Positions 1 through 8,626 of a stretch of DNA of 64,000 nucleotides are shown here, one piece after another. The notes beneath the pieces are model-generated. The model was not told the DNA's origin and made no database searches. It saw nothing but the letters and a program-made list of their open reading frames with translations. Made by a program: the position numbers and the translations under genes. Position 1 is the first letter of the stretch. Each line of letters begins with the position of its first letter. This DNA is from an uncultured Candidatus Saccharibacteria bacterium (GTDB taxonomy: Bacteria > Patescibacteriota > Minisyncoccia > Phycocordibacterales > Phycocordibacteraceae). Location of the stretch: positions 85,671 through 149,670 of the forward strand of contig CAZQGQ010000002.1 of the NCBI GenBank assembly GCA_964593365.1. Direction: 5' to 3'.

Positions 1-578
1 GTTCTTGCTACGAGAGTAGCGAGGTCATCTAGCGTGTGGGCAACGGGCCAGCGACCGTCTCCTGGAAGAGAATCTCGCCGTATCTCTATCACGATGACCT
101 CAGGACACCATCTGGCCACGGATTCAAGCTGAAACCGCGCGTCATCCACAAAGACAAATGGGGCGGCTTCCTTGTCCTCGGTAAGCCTTCGTATCGTAGG
201 CCCTTTTCTCCTGCTGGTGTACACAACGTTCTGCACAGGAAGATCAGTGAGGGCGCTTATAACTTTCGCGCGGATGAACATCTCTACTCCATAGGTAACA
301 ATGGTGCAGTTGTGGTCTGCAAGAAATGCAGCGACTTCCGGATAGAGATACTTCTTCAAGTCTTGAGGAGAAAGGACGAACCTTCCGTGGCTGAGGAATG
401 TACCAAGCGTGCGCATGAACCTTCGCTGCCGGGAATCGTTTTCCGAAGGGCTTCGAAGCTCTTGGATGGCTGCTCCAAGCTGCCGCCAGAGCTCAGTCAG
501 TGTTGGACGCCGCGCTACGCTTTTCTTAAACGCAGGAGTATCAAATATCGTGCGGTCAAAGTCGAGAAAATATTTCAT
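1..578 (-). CDS. HAD-superfamily hydrolase; partial, 3' end runs off the window start
   Basis: My own translation of the minus strand from 578 down to 1 has no stops: MKYFLDFDRTIFDTPAFKK...FVFVDDARFQLE... The DxDxT motif I (FLDFDRT) and a DD motif IV are present. Its ATG overlaps the TGA of the upstream lipid kinase (ATGA), suggesting translational coupling. It is absent from the ORF track because it has no stop inside the window. Confidence 0.6.
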   Translation of the reverse strand, partial: MKYFLDFDRTIFDTPAFKKSVARRPTLTELWRQLGAAIQELRSPSENDSRQRRFMRTLGTFLSHGRFVLSPQDLKKYLYPEVAAFLADHNCTIVTYGVEMFIRAKVISALTDLPVQNVVYTSRRKGPTIRRLTEDKEAAPFVFVDDARFQLESVARWCPEVIVIEIRRDSLPGDGRWPVAHTLDDLATLVAR

Positions 579-1459
579 GCAGAGGCAGGGACAAGCACTT
601 TAAATGCTTCCGGCACAAACTCAACGTCAAGCGTTGTCCCAGCGCTTATCATCTCCCCGTCCACGATGACCGGGATCTGTGTTTCCGAGGAGATCCGAAC
701 ATGCTTTGTGGTTACGACCGCCACATTCTGTGCATCACGCCACTCGCCAAACGCCGCAGCGCTCGCTAGCTGGAGAAGCTCGCCTGCCCCAGGCGCATCG
801 ATTACTGCAGCCTCCAGTACCTGCCGATCATCTGCAAGCGTGTTTGAAATGAGAGGACAGATGACTGACACTGCCTCGGCGCTTCCCTCATGCAGCTCGT
901 TAAAGCTGTAGTTCACTTTTGATGCAAATAAGTTTTCAAGTGCCTGCTTCCCTTCCTCAAGTGCAGTGGCAAGCTCTCCTTCTCGAAGCGCTTCGCGAGC
1001 CTTTGTCCAAAGTGCCGGAGCGCCAAAGATAGCCGCTATGAAGAATCGTTCTTTGCCGACTTTCCCTCCGGAAATAGTGCGCACGCTCGGCCGTTCAAAA
1101 GTCGTACGTACGATCTCTTCCCATCCCATATCGCCATAAAGTGCCTTTGGCAGGAGGTTCATAGTCCCTCCGGGAAGCGGGAGCAACACTGGTCCTTCCA
1201 TCGTTGCGCCCTGCGCTGCGGTGCGGATAGTGCCGTCCCCGCCAAAGACGATGAGGACATCGAGGTCATGACTGAGTGCCTGCGCGAACGCGCCCTCTAG
1301 CTTCTCTGCTTCTACAGACCATATCTGTGCACCCACGACCCCTGCTTCGCTGATAATAGCTTCTAGCTTATCTTTGGTAGCGTCATTAGTGCCGCCGCTC
1401 GTCGTATTAATAATCGCTCCCACTGCAAGTGAACGTGTCTGGATTGGGTCTTGGAGCAT
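575..1459 (-). CDS. Diacylglycerol/lipid kinase (DAGK_cat family, YegS/BmrU-like)
   Basis: 294-aa ORF with the DAGK catalytic-domain signature VLIVFGGDGTIRTAA and GPVLLPLPGGTMNLL. Confidence 0.8.
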   Translation of the reverse strand: MLQDPIQTRSLAVGAIINTTSGGTNDATKDKLEAIISEAGVVGAQIWSVEAEKLEGAFAQALSHDLDVLIVFGGDGTIRTAAQGATMEGPVLLPLPGGTMNLLPKALYGDMGWEEIVRTTFERPSVRTISGGKVGKERFFIAAIFGAPALWTKAREALREGELATALEEGKQALENLFASKVNYSFNELHEGSAEAVSVICPLISNTLADDRQVLEAAVIDAPGAGELLQLASAAAFGEWRDAQNVAVVTTKHVRISSETQIPVIVDGEMISAGTTLDVEFVPEAFKVLVPASA

Positions 1460-1589
1460 GGAAGGATTAGATAGACTGATGCCGCATCATGAGGCATCTT
1501 ACATGAAGGTTTCCTTAATATGCAGGACCCGCATGAGCTATTTGCTGGATTGCGTAGTAGAGTATCAGGATACCAGCTACGCAATTTAT

Positions 1590-1718
1590 ATGGCCGCAAA
1601 CAGTCATGGAGTGAGTCCGAAGAAGATACGAACCCGTCCGCATAAGACGGCTAAGCGCCTTGCAATCAAGGCAGCGCGCTTGGCAGCACAGGGAAAGAAA
1701 ACTGCAAAGAAACGCTAG
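1590..1718 (+). CDS. Small basic Lys/Ala-rich protein, hypothetical (histone H1/Hc1-like composition)
   Basis: Internal Met of track ORF 1374..1718: MAANSHGVSPKKIRTRPHKTAKRLAIKAARLAAQGKKTAKKR, followed by a hairpin. The start is uncertain, with alternative Mets at 1533 and 1503. The N-terminal part of the track ORF overlaps the divergent lipid kinase gene. Confidence 0.25.
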   Translation: MAANSHGVSPKKIRTRPHKTAKRLAIKAARLAAQGKKTAKKR

Positions 1719-1737
1719 CAACAGGAAAGAAATCGAA

Positions 1738-1768
1738 AAACGGCGGGCCCTAGGGTCCGCCGTTCAGT
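1738..1768 (-). terminator. Intrinsic terminator downstream of the OMP-like gene
   Basis: 10-bp GC-rich stem (acggcgggcc...ggtccgccgt) with a 4-nt loop. On the minus strand it is followed by UUUUUC. Confidence 0.6.
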
Positions 1769-1800
1769 CGTTAGTATGGGGTTGTTATTTGGTGCTTGGT

Positions 1801-2523
1801 TCAGTTGAAGCGATAGCGGCCGCCAAAATAGACGGCGTCCACCACCTGGTCCGGGTCGGTGTCCGGGATCGGAGCAGGAACAGCGTTTCCGTTGTTCCCG
1901 AGCGAGGTGATCACTCGCCCGAAGTCAGTGTGCCGATAGCTCAAGTCGAAGGCCCACTGATCAGTAGCGTTGTATTCGATGCCCGCGCCGTACGTTGGCG
2001 CGGTATCGTCGAGGGTGGCATACCGCTCGTAGCCGAAGTCGCCGCCGTTCAACGAACAGTGGCTGCCTGGCGAGACCGGAAATGCGACGGCGCGTCTGAC
2101 GCACGTTTGGGAGATTTCAGCCTCCCGCTGCGTCAGGCCGGCCGTCACATAGGGCATGAAGCGCCCCAATGACCACCCAGCAACGACTTCACCGGTGAGC
2201 AGGCTCCGAAGCCATGCACACTGATCGATGAAGTTTCCATCGTCTTCACAAGCCGACAACTGTCCGGCGGCGTAGCTTACGCGAACGCCGAGAACAAAGT
2301 TGTTGTCGAACTGGTGGTTGTAGCCCACAGTAATACCGGCGAACGCCCCGCTAAGATCGGGGTCAGGCTTTCCACCGGTGTAGGTGATCGGCGCCGACAC
2401 GCCGACCATATCCGCTCCAACATAAGGTCCTTGATGGCTTTCGACATCTTGGGCCCACGCAGGCGCTGAAGCCGTCATCATGATGGCCGCAACTGCAACT
2501 GAACCGAAAATTGCACTTTTCAT
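1801..2523 (-). CDS. Outer-membrane beta-barrel protein (OmpA-like/Omp25-Omp31 porin family) with Sec signal peptide
   Basis: N-terminus MKSAIFGSVAVAAIMMTASAPAWA-QD. The body has alternating amphipathic strands rich in G/Y/V/A, and the C-terminus is ...GGRYRFN, as in the OMP_b-brl / opacity-protein family. Confidence 0.55.
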   Translation of the reverse strand: MKSAIFGSVAVAAIMMTASAPAWAQDVESHQGPYVGADMVGVSAPITYTGGKPDPDLSGAFAGITVGYNHQFDNNFVLGVRVSYAAGQLSACEDDGNFIDQCAWLRSLLTGEVVAGWSLGRFMPYVTAGLTQREAEISQTCVRRAVAFPVSPGSHCSLNGGDFGYERYATLDDTAPTYGAGIEYNATDQWAFDLSYRHTDFGRVITSLGNNGNAVPAPIPDTDPDQVVDAVYFGGRYRFN

Positions 2524-2653
2524 AGAACTGCTCCCCTCGCTAGGTCATTTCTGACCCTGGGTAGACGAAATCCACGCCCCCATGGCGTGGTCCGTTTACA
2601 TAACTTACGTGTTTTTTAGCCCCGAGTCAAAAATTGAGCTTGTAGGTACAAGG

Positions 2654-3883
2654 TTATTGTCCCTGCCAGGCTACCCGGTAAATCGCACCTGAGCGGTCAT
2701 CTGATACGAAGACCACGCCTCCGGGCTCTGCAAGAAGCCCTACCGGGCGTCCAAGGACGCTATCTTCGTCTCCGCCTTCAGGCAGAAAACCAGACATGAA
2801 GTCTATGGGCGTGGTTGAGACCGGCATGCCGTTTGGCGCAAGGTCAAAGCGCACGACGCTGTAGCCGGTCGGAGTGCTGCGGTTCCAAGAACCGTGATAC
2901 GCGATAAGAGCGTCATGCCACATGTCTTCCGGCCATCCTTCCTCAGGCACGAAAGCGATTCCCAAAGCTGCTGAGTGCGCCTGGAGCGCTAGGTGCGGAG
3001 AAATCTTTCCTGTGCAGGGGTTTTGGATGTACTGCCGCTTATCGAAGTCGGTGTCGTGAACATTATTTCCGTAGCAGATAGGCCAGCCATAGTCATTCCC
3101 CTTCCGGATGATATTCACTTCGTCAGGAGGAATATTGTCCCCGAGGAGATCACGAGCATTGTCAGTGGCCCAGATCTCTCCCGTGACTGGATGGAGCGCG
3201 AGGAATACCGCATTACGAAGTCCTGTCGCATACACTTCTGAATCTCCGGTTGTGAGGTCTATGGCAGTTATCGTTGCGCGAAGCGGATTGGTTTCGTTAC
3301 AGACGTTGCAAGAGGAGCCGATCGAAACGAGCAATGTGTTGCTGTCAGGATGCATGAGGAAGGTCCTGGTGAAGTGCCCGGATCCCGCTGGAGTAGTGAG
3401 CAGCGTCTCGTCATAGGTTGCAGTACGAGCCGCTGGGTCATAGCTGTAACGCTTCACCGCGCCCTCCTCGCCTACGTAGAGGAAGCAACTTCCCCCCTCA
3501 TCACAGTCAAACAAGATGCCGTGCGGTTTGTTTAGGTTTTCAAGTATCGTGATGACCTCATCAGCCTCTGCGTCATTATTCTCGTCAGGAAGCGCGACGA
3601 TCTTTCCTGAGTTAAGGAGCGAAGCAACAAGAACGCCATTAGGGTCTCGAGTGAGGACACGGACCCCGGGAGTATCTCTCGAGTAAATGGTTGCTATGAA
3701 TCCTTCAGGAACGGGAAAAGGTGCGACAGGTCCTGCCGGAAGCGGTGGGGGCGGGTCTGTCTTCGTTACGGCCTTGATCAACCAGCTTGGCGGCGTTTTC
3801 TTCACATAATCATAGGCGGCGTATCCGCCAAGAAGCACGCAGAAGATGACGAGCAGGACGAGAGCAGTTTTGGGACGCATCAT
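2654..3883 (-). CDS. PQQ-dependent sugar dehydrogenase (soluble glucose/sorbosone dehydrogenase family), N-terminal membrane anchor
   Basis: 409 aa with an N-terminal TM helix. The GNDYGWP motif and beta-propeller repeats are typical of the GSDH family. Confidence 0.75.
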   Translation of the reverse strand: MMRPKTALVLLVIFCVLLGGYAAYDYVKKTPPSWLIKAVTKTDPPPPLPAGPVAPFPVPEGFIATIYSRDTPGVRVLTRDPNGVLVASLLNSGKIVALPDENNDAEADEVITILENLNKPHGILFDCDEGGSCFLYVGEEGAVKRYSYDPAARTATYDETLLTTPAGSGHFTRTFLMHPDSNTLLVSIGSSCNVCNETNPLRATITAIDLTTGDSEVYATGLRNAVFLALHPVTGEIWATDNARDLLGDNIPPDEVNIIRKGNDYGWPICYGNNVHDTDFDKRQYIQNPCTGKISPHLALQAHSAALGIAFVPEEGWPEDMWHDALIAYHGSWNRSTPTGYSVVRFDLAPNGMPVSTTPIDFMSGFLPEGGDEDSVLGRPVGLLAEPGGVVFVSDDRSGAIYRVAWQGQ

Positions 3884-3980
3884 TTATGCATGATACGTTG
3901 ATTTATCATGAAGGACAGATGAATGAAAATTGGAGCTGTGGAAAGTAAACCTGTGTATATAGGGTATATTTTATTTATCT

Positions 3981-5033
3981 ATGGCATTTGATGGACAGAA
4001 ACAACCAGGCCTTGAAGGTCCTAAGTGGCGCACTTGGGCAGAAGGAGCAAAGCAAATGCAGGAGTTGCGTCCTCTCTTTGAGAAAGCATATACGGAGATA
4101 GAAAACCGAAAGCAAATGAAGATGGCGGAAATCGCTGCTCGCTTCCATGTAACCGAAGAAGATGGTCTTGAGGAAAAAATGCTCAAAGAAGCAAAACAAA
4201 AGCTTCAGGAGATACAACGAACCCTTCCCTTCAAGACAGGTGACAAAGCTACCTTTACTAACCTTCGTAGAGAGGCAGAAACGATATTTGCGAAGCTTGG
4301 CGTCCCCATGTGGGTGCACGTCGACGAGACAGGCAATCTGGTGTCTGTGTTTGGGAAGGCCGAATCAACGTTTGCTGACGAACTTGACACACCTCTTACG
4401 CAGGATTCTGACGAGCAGCTTGCGCAGCGAGAGGCGGCATTCGAAAAGACTGAGACTGAACGAAAAGCGTTTGAGAAAGCTGCTACCACCTTCCTTACTC
4501 GCTACAAGAGCATGTGGGCGGGAGAAGGTTATCTTGGCATAAGCGTGGACGAAGCGCGCAAGGAGTTCTCTACCGCTCTCCATTCGTACGCGGTAGCGTG
4601 GCGAGATGCGATGGGAACTAAAGACGTATATGACATGGCCGCTTTTTATCAACGAACACTTCTCCCCGTTCTTGAGGAACAGAAAAGAATCCAAGAAAGC
4701 GATTCGGTGCTCATAGACGCACCTAAACGCCGAACAAAGCTGTGGCAATCCGTACTTCGTTTCTCAGTGTTCTTGCTTACCTTTGGGACAGCAACTGCCT
4801 ACGCCCCAAACGCAGGCGTGCAAGGCGCTACTACAGCCTCTTCAAGTGAGAACGGTATGGCCTTGCCCTATGACCCCTACCAACCATCGCTTGAGGGCGT
4901 GGATACACTGATTGAGGAATTGCTAAACGAGGACGGTACTCTTCCTGGCATCCCTGAACTACCTCCTCAAAGCTTGGGAAGCGACGAAGGTCTTGAGCCT
5001 GCGGACGCACCCAATATGCCTCAAGAACCGTAG
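3981..5033 (+). CDS. Hypothetical membrane protein (cytoplasmic coiled-coil N-terminal region, one TM helix, acidic/Pro-rich extracytoplasmic tail)
   Basis: 350 aa; charged helical N-terminal 240 aa, a TM segment LWQSVLRFSVFLLTFGTATAYA, and a C-terminal E/D/P-rich region. Confidence 0.5.
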   Translation: MAFDGQKQPGLEGPKWRTWAEGAKQMQELRPLFEKAYTEIENRKQMKMAEIAARFHVTEEDGLEEKMLKEAKQKLQEIQRTLPFKTGDKATFTNLRREAETIFAKLGVPMWVHVDETGNLVSVFGKAESTFADELDTPLTQDSDEQLAQREAAFEKTETERKAFEKAATTFLTRYKSMWAGEGYLGISVDEARKEFSTALHSYAVAWRDAMGTKDVYDMAAFYQRTLLPVLEEQKRIQESDSVLIDAPKRRTKLWQSVLRFSVFLLTFGTATAYAPNAGVQGATTASSSENGMALPYDPYQPSLEGVDTLIEELLNEDGTLPGIPELPPQSLGSDEGLEPADAPNMPQEP

Positions 5034-5034
5034 G

Positions 5035-5451
5035 CTAGGGTGAACACTTCTCGCAGGAGCAGCCTTTCGGCTTGATGTAATCGTTCCAGTATTCCTTGCC
5101 GTAATCGTAGGAAAACTCTTCTCCTTCCTTGATTTTGCGCCGTGCCATCACAAAGACGCGCTTATTGCGTATCTCAATCTCGCTGTTAGGCCGGCAGGAG
5201 TGGTTTATGTAGCGCGCGGTATTAGAGCGCATGGTTCCGTCTATGGTCTTTCGCTTGTTCACCTCGAACAGATACTTACTTCGGCTCGTATACACCTCCT
5301 CGCTTGAGATGGTGCGTCCCTTGTATTCGATGATGCAAGCGCCTTTCGGTATCTCTTCCCCGGCAAAAAGCCCAAGCCCTGCATGTGAGCGCTTCACGAC
5401 CACCTTAAATCCCCCTGGGACAAACTTCCCTTTCCGTTTAGTGCGCGGCAT
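5035..5451 (-). CDS. SET-domain protein (putative protein lysine methyltransferase)
   Basis: 138 aa. SET motifs are ARYINHSCRPN, EEFSYDYG and a post-SET Cys cluster CSCEKC. The N-terminus is very basic: PRTKRKGKFVPGG. It sits 4 nt downstream of the GH18 gene on the same strand. Confidence 0.8.
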   Translation of the reverse strand: MPRTKRKGKFVPGGFKVVVKRSHAGLGLFAGEEIPKGACIIEYKGRTISSEEVYTSRSKYLFEVNKRKTIDGTMRSNTARYINHSCRPNSEIEIRNKRVFVMARRKIKEGEEFSYDYGKEYWNDYIKPKGCSCEKCSP

Positions 5452-5455
5452 ACAG

Positions 5456-6643
5456 CTAATCGAGCTTCTTCCAAAGATCCGAATCTTCGCCTCCGTCTAT
5501 CTTGAAGATCGCTACGCCCTTGAGGCCAAGGGACTGCGCAAGGTCGATCTTGTCTTCGATCGCCTCTGCATCGCTCCACCAGACGAGATTGAACTTCACT
5601 TCCTGTCCCGTCTTGTTTGCCTGCGCAAGCGCGCGTGCAGCGACTTCGTTGCCGCTTGCCGTTCCCTTGGGAGCTGAGACAGAAGAGAGGAGACGCGTTC
5701 CGGAGTCGTCAGGGATATACGAGAAGGACAATTCTCCCGCGGAGTTCCGGCTTGGCGTTACATCATATTCATCAGCCGTATCAAGCGCGTACTCAGGATT
5801 CACAGACCAGAGCATGCGGTAGCCCTTGTACCAGTCTGGGGCAACCGTTACTTCTACTTCGCGTCCGTACGTCCCAACGCCAAGCACGATCTTGTCCTTG
5901 CTGATTGTTTGCGCTGTGAAGTTCACGACTTTGCGCACCCACTCAATGTCAGCGAGGGGCATATAGGGTGAGCCCTTTCGTGCGTCGTTAAGCTTCAAGT
6001 CAGCTCGCTGCTGGTCGTAGGTCATGAGGTTCACACGGTCGCAGTACTTGTTGATCTCGACGTAGTCGTTTGCGTACTCAATGACAGGCGGGATAACACG
6101 GTAGAGGGAATCCGGAGGCGTTCGCGCTTCGGTGGTGCAGACAAGCATCTTGCTGCCTAGCGCCGCATCGAGTTCCTTAAGGAACAGGGAGTAGTAGATC
6201 TTTGTGGCTGCCGACTTCCCTTCGTAGTCTATATCGACTCCGTCATACTTTCCTTTCTTGACCAGGTCAGCGATCCGCTTCACGTGATCGGCACGAAGTT
6301 TCGAATCCGAAAGAATCTTCTGGATGTTTACGGTATCGCTCCACATGACGGTAGGAACGACGAGCACCTTCTTTTTCTTGGCGTCCTTCAGAAGTTTGGA
6401 CCAGCTGCTTTTTGTGAGTCCCGCAAGATCCTTGAGGGTGCCGTCTGGCTGCACGCCAATGGCAAACGGGTGGATCATGTCCAGGTCCTTCAAGTTCTTT
6501 TGCGCATCCTTGGTTCCCTTTGAGCCGCTCCAATACGGAATCCAGCCGGAAACTTCGATATCAGCAGCGCGCGCGGAAGGAGCGCCTCCGAGAACGAGAG
6601 CAAGAACGAAAACAAGACTAAGTGATCGAGCAATGAGAGTCAT
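5456..6643 (-). CDS. Glycoside hydrolase family 18 (chitinase-like), secreted
   Basis: GH18 catalytic motif YDGVDIDYEG. I chose the start at MTLIARSLSLVFVLALVLGGAPSARA, a signal peptide (track ORF starts at 6712). A -10 TATACT sits 9 nt upstream of this ATG. Confidence 0.75.
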   Translation of the reverse strand: MTLIARSLSLVFVLALVLGGAPSARAADIEVSGWIPYWSGSKGTKDAQKNLKDLDMIHPFAIGVQPDGTLKDLAGLTKSSWSKLLKDAKKKKVLVVPTVMWSDTVNIQKILSDSKLRADHVKRIADLVKKGKYDGVDIDYEGKSAATKIYYSLFLKELDAALGSKMLVCTTEARTPPDSLYRVIPPVIEYANDYVEINKYCDRVNLMTYDQQRADLKLNDARKGSPYMPLADIEWVRKVVNFTAQTISKDKIVLGVGTYGREVEVTVAPDWYKGYRMLWSVNPEYALDTADEYDVTPSRNSAGELSFSYIPDDSGTRLLSSVSAPKGTASGNEVAARALAQANKTGQEVKFNLVWWSDAEAIEDKIDLAQSLGLKGVAIFKIDGGEDSDLWKKLD

Positions 6644-6684
6644 AGTGTTTCTAGTATAAATAAAATATCGAGTCCGCGCCACTT

Positions 6685-6712
6685 TTGACGCTTGGGGGCG
6701 AGAGCGTATCAT
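6685..6712 (+). promoter_or_regulatory. Sigma70-like promoter TTGACG-N16-TATCAT, -10 located 6 nt before the ATG at 6719 (leaderless)
   Basis: Read directly from the sequence; this is the same -35/-10 architecture that recurs across the window. Confidence 0.45.
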
Positions 6713-6718
6713 TTATGA

Positions 6719-7324
6719 ATGCTTCCAGCGTTCAAGAAACTCTCAACCCCTAAGAAAATCCAAGACTTTCTGGACACCCTTCCCATAAACTACGAGAAGC
6801 AGGGTGAGACTTGCATGAGCCCTTCACATGTCCTCAAAGCAAAGAAGGCGCACTGCCTCGAAGGAGCACTGCTTGCAGCTGCCGCGCTCTGGGCGTACGG
6901 GGAAAGGCCGCTCCTCATGAACCTCAAGTCTGCCAACGGGGACGACGATCACGCAGTTGCCCTGTATCGCATTAATGGCTACTGGGGTGCCATCTCAAAG
7001 ACCAACCATTCATCTCTTCGCTTCCGGGATCCCATATACAAAACCGTCCGCGAGCTCGCTCTCTCCTATTTCCATGAATACTTTGTAAACAAGACAGGTG
7101 CTAAGACTTTGCGTGCGTATTCAGATCCCTTACGTCTCACCCAGTTTGGAAAAGACTGGGTGACAAGTGAGAAGAATCTCTGGGCCATAGCCCACGCCCT
7201 TCGAGATGCTAAGCACCATGCACTCGTACCTGCTACCAATAAAAGGCATATACGAGCTGCAGATAAGATCGAGCGGCGCGCTGGAACGATCATTGAGTGG
7301 AAAAAGAGCGATCCGCGCACCTAA
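6719..7324 (+). CDS. Hypothetical protein, probably a papain-like fold Cys/His enzyme (NAT/transglutaminase-like motif)
   Basis: 201 aa. KKAHCLEGALLAAAAL resembles the catalytic Cys context of arylamine N-acetyltransferases and transglutaminase-like proteases, and a DDDH motif lies downstream. Confidence 0.4.
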   Translation: MLPAFKKLSTPKKIQDFLDTLPINYEKQGETCMSPSHVLKAKKAHCLEGALLAAAALWAYGERPLLMNLKSANGDDDHAVALYRINGYWGAISKTNHSSLRFRDPIYKTVRELALSYFHEYFVNKTGAKTLRAYSDPLRLTQFGKDWVTSEKNLWAIAHALRDAKHHALVPATNKRHIRAADKIERRAGTIIEWKKSDPRT

Positions 7325-7341
7325 AAGTGCCTCGTGCTACC

Positions 7342-8226
7342 ATGGGGCATCGTATGAAGCGGAACACCCAACTAGCAGCCGCCCTAGGAGTACTCATCGT
7401 CATATTGTTTGGGGTTATCTCCTATCTCTACTACCAAAAGACTGTGGCGCTTACCGATACCCGCATTGCCCTTGAAGAGGCAACGACGACATCCGCAATG
7501 CTTCAGGAGAAGCTTCGGACAGAAGAAGCGGAAAGTGACGTTCTTGCGGACGCGCTTCAGGCCGAGAAAGATCGGAACGATGCGTTTGAAGGAAAGATCA
7601 GCGAGATCAGCGGCACTGTGGGCAAGCTCGATAAGCTCTCGAAGATGGATCCTGAGCTTTTGCAGAAATACTCTAAGGTCTACTTCCTCAACGAGAACTA
7701 TGCTCCTTCGGCCCTGGCTACGGTAGATGTTGGCTACCGGTTTAACGAAGAGAAGCTTGAGGAGGTGCATGCACAGATGCTCCCGTTTCTCACTGAGCTT
7801 CTTGAGGATGCAAAAGATGACGACGTTGAGCTTCTCGTCGCCTCTTCCTACCGGTCCTTCGGGCGGCAAGGGGGCCTTAAGGCAAGCTATACGGTCCGGT
7901 ACGGCTCAGGGGCAAACGCTTTCTCCGCCGAGCAAGGATACTCAGAGCACCAGCTCGGGACAGCCATCGATTTCACTACTAAAGACGTGGGAGGCAATTT
8001 CGTAGGGTTTGATGACAGCGAAGCATTTGAATGGCTCACGCATAACGCATATAAATATGGGTTCATACTTTCCTACCCTGAAGGAAACGCGTACTACCAG
8101 TACGAACCGTGGCACTGGCGCTTTGTTGGAGAAGATCTTGCCCGAGACCTGCGGAATGACGATAAGAATTTTTACGACCTGGACCAGCGAGAGATTGATC
8201 CGTACCTGATTGATTTCTTTGATTAA
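7342..8226 (+). CDS. D-alanyl-D-alanine carboxypeptidase, VanY / peptidase M15B family, N-terminal TM anchor
   Basis: M15B motifs SSYRS, QGYSEHQLGTAIDF and EPWHWR. Start chosen at MGHRMKRNT to avoid overlap with the upstream gene (track start 7297). Confidence 0.8.
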   Translation: MGHRMKRNTQLAAALGVLIVILFGVISYLYYQKTVALTDTRIALEEATTTSAMLQEKLRTEEAESDVLADALQAEKDRNDAFEGKISEISGTVGKLDKLSKMDPELLQKYSKVYFLNENYAPSALATVDVGYRFNEEKLEEVHAQMLPFLTELLEDAKDDDVELLVASSYRSFGRQGGLKASYTVRYGSGANAFSAEQGYSEHQLGTAIDFTTKDVGGNFVGFDDSEAFEWLTHNAYKYGFILSYPEGNAYYQYEPWHWRFVGEDLARDLRNDDKNFYDLDQREIDPYLIDFFD

Positions 8227-8234
8227 ATGATCAA

Positions 8235-8277
8235 GGGCGCCGGAGACATGAAGTTCTCCGACGCCCTCTTCTTCGTT
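8235..8277. terminator. Intrinsic terminator after the VanY-like gene (possibly bidirectional)
   Basis: Stem gggcgccggaga / tctccgacgccc with an 8-nt loop, followed by a U-rich tail tcttcttcgtt. Confidence 0.6.
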
Positions 8278-8305
8278 AAAGGTGGAACTAGTGCTTGCCT
8301 GCTGC

Positions 8306-8464
8306 CTAGCGACCGCCCATGGGCTTACCTTTACGGATACCCTTGGTGATCGGCTTTTCTGGCATCAGACTTCGCACCGGACGGCGTTTCTCCCGACGTT
8401 TTTTAACGTGGTTTACCGCTTTGGCTTGGATCTGCTTTCGATCCGCTCTTAGACGCTTGGCCAA
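8306..8464 (-). CDS. Small highly basic protein (52 aa from a TTG start), hypothetical; may instead be a structured RNA
   Basis: Minus-strand frame (M/L)AKRLRADRKQIQAKAVNHVKKRREKRRPVRSLMPEKPITKGIRKGKPMGGR. A leaderless ATG at 8503 lies in-frame upstream but is separated by a TAG at codon 9. It is preceded by a clean promoter and followed by the 8235..8277 hairpin. Confidence 0.3.
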   Translation of the reverse strand: MAKRLRADRKQIQAKAVNHVKKRREKRRPVRSLMPEKPITKGIRKGKPMGGR

Positions 8465-8509
8465 GAGAATTCTCCCCTAACTGCAGGCGAACGCTACGCC
8501 CATTTGGAC

Positions 8510-8539
8510 GATACTAGCGGCATAGACGCTTGCGGTCAA
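8510..8539 (-). promoter_or_regulatory. Sigma70-like promoter TTGACC-N17-TAGTAT, 7 nt upstream of the ATG at 8503
   Basis: Consensus-like hexamers read on the minus strand. Confidence 0.5.
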
Positions 8540-8564
8540 CACGATATATACAGCGTATACAAAC

Positions 8565-8598
8565 TCTGGGCGCCGACATGAGAGTCGACGCCCAGTTT
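8565..8598. terminator. Hairpin terminator between the two small basic-protein genes
   Basis: 11-bp stem with one C/A mismatch (ctgggcgccgac...gtcgacgcccag), then TTTT on the plus strand and a U-rich tail on the minus strand. Confidence 0.45.
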
Positions 8599-8626
8599 TG
8601 ATAAATCGAGAATGGGAACGAGGTCG

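Noticed and set aside
36-911. 291-aa plus-strand ORF at the window start
   Set aside because: It lies entirely antisense to two well-supported minus-strand genes, the HAD hydrolase at 1..578 and the lipid kinase at 575..1459. Its composition is Arg/Ser-rich and random-looking, and it has no motifs.
8270-8600. RNase P RNA, tmRNA, SRP RNA or 6S RNA in the ORF-poor gap
   Set aside because: I could not find the P4 GGAAAGUCCGG motif, a tRNA-like CCA end with a T-loop, or the SRP domain IV consensus on either strand. The region is better explained by two promoter/terminator-bounded small basic ORFs, and I keep an ncRNA only as an alternative.
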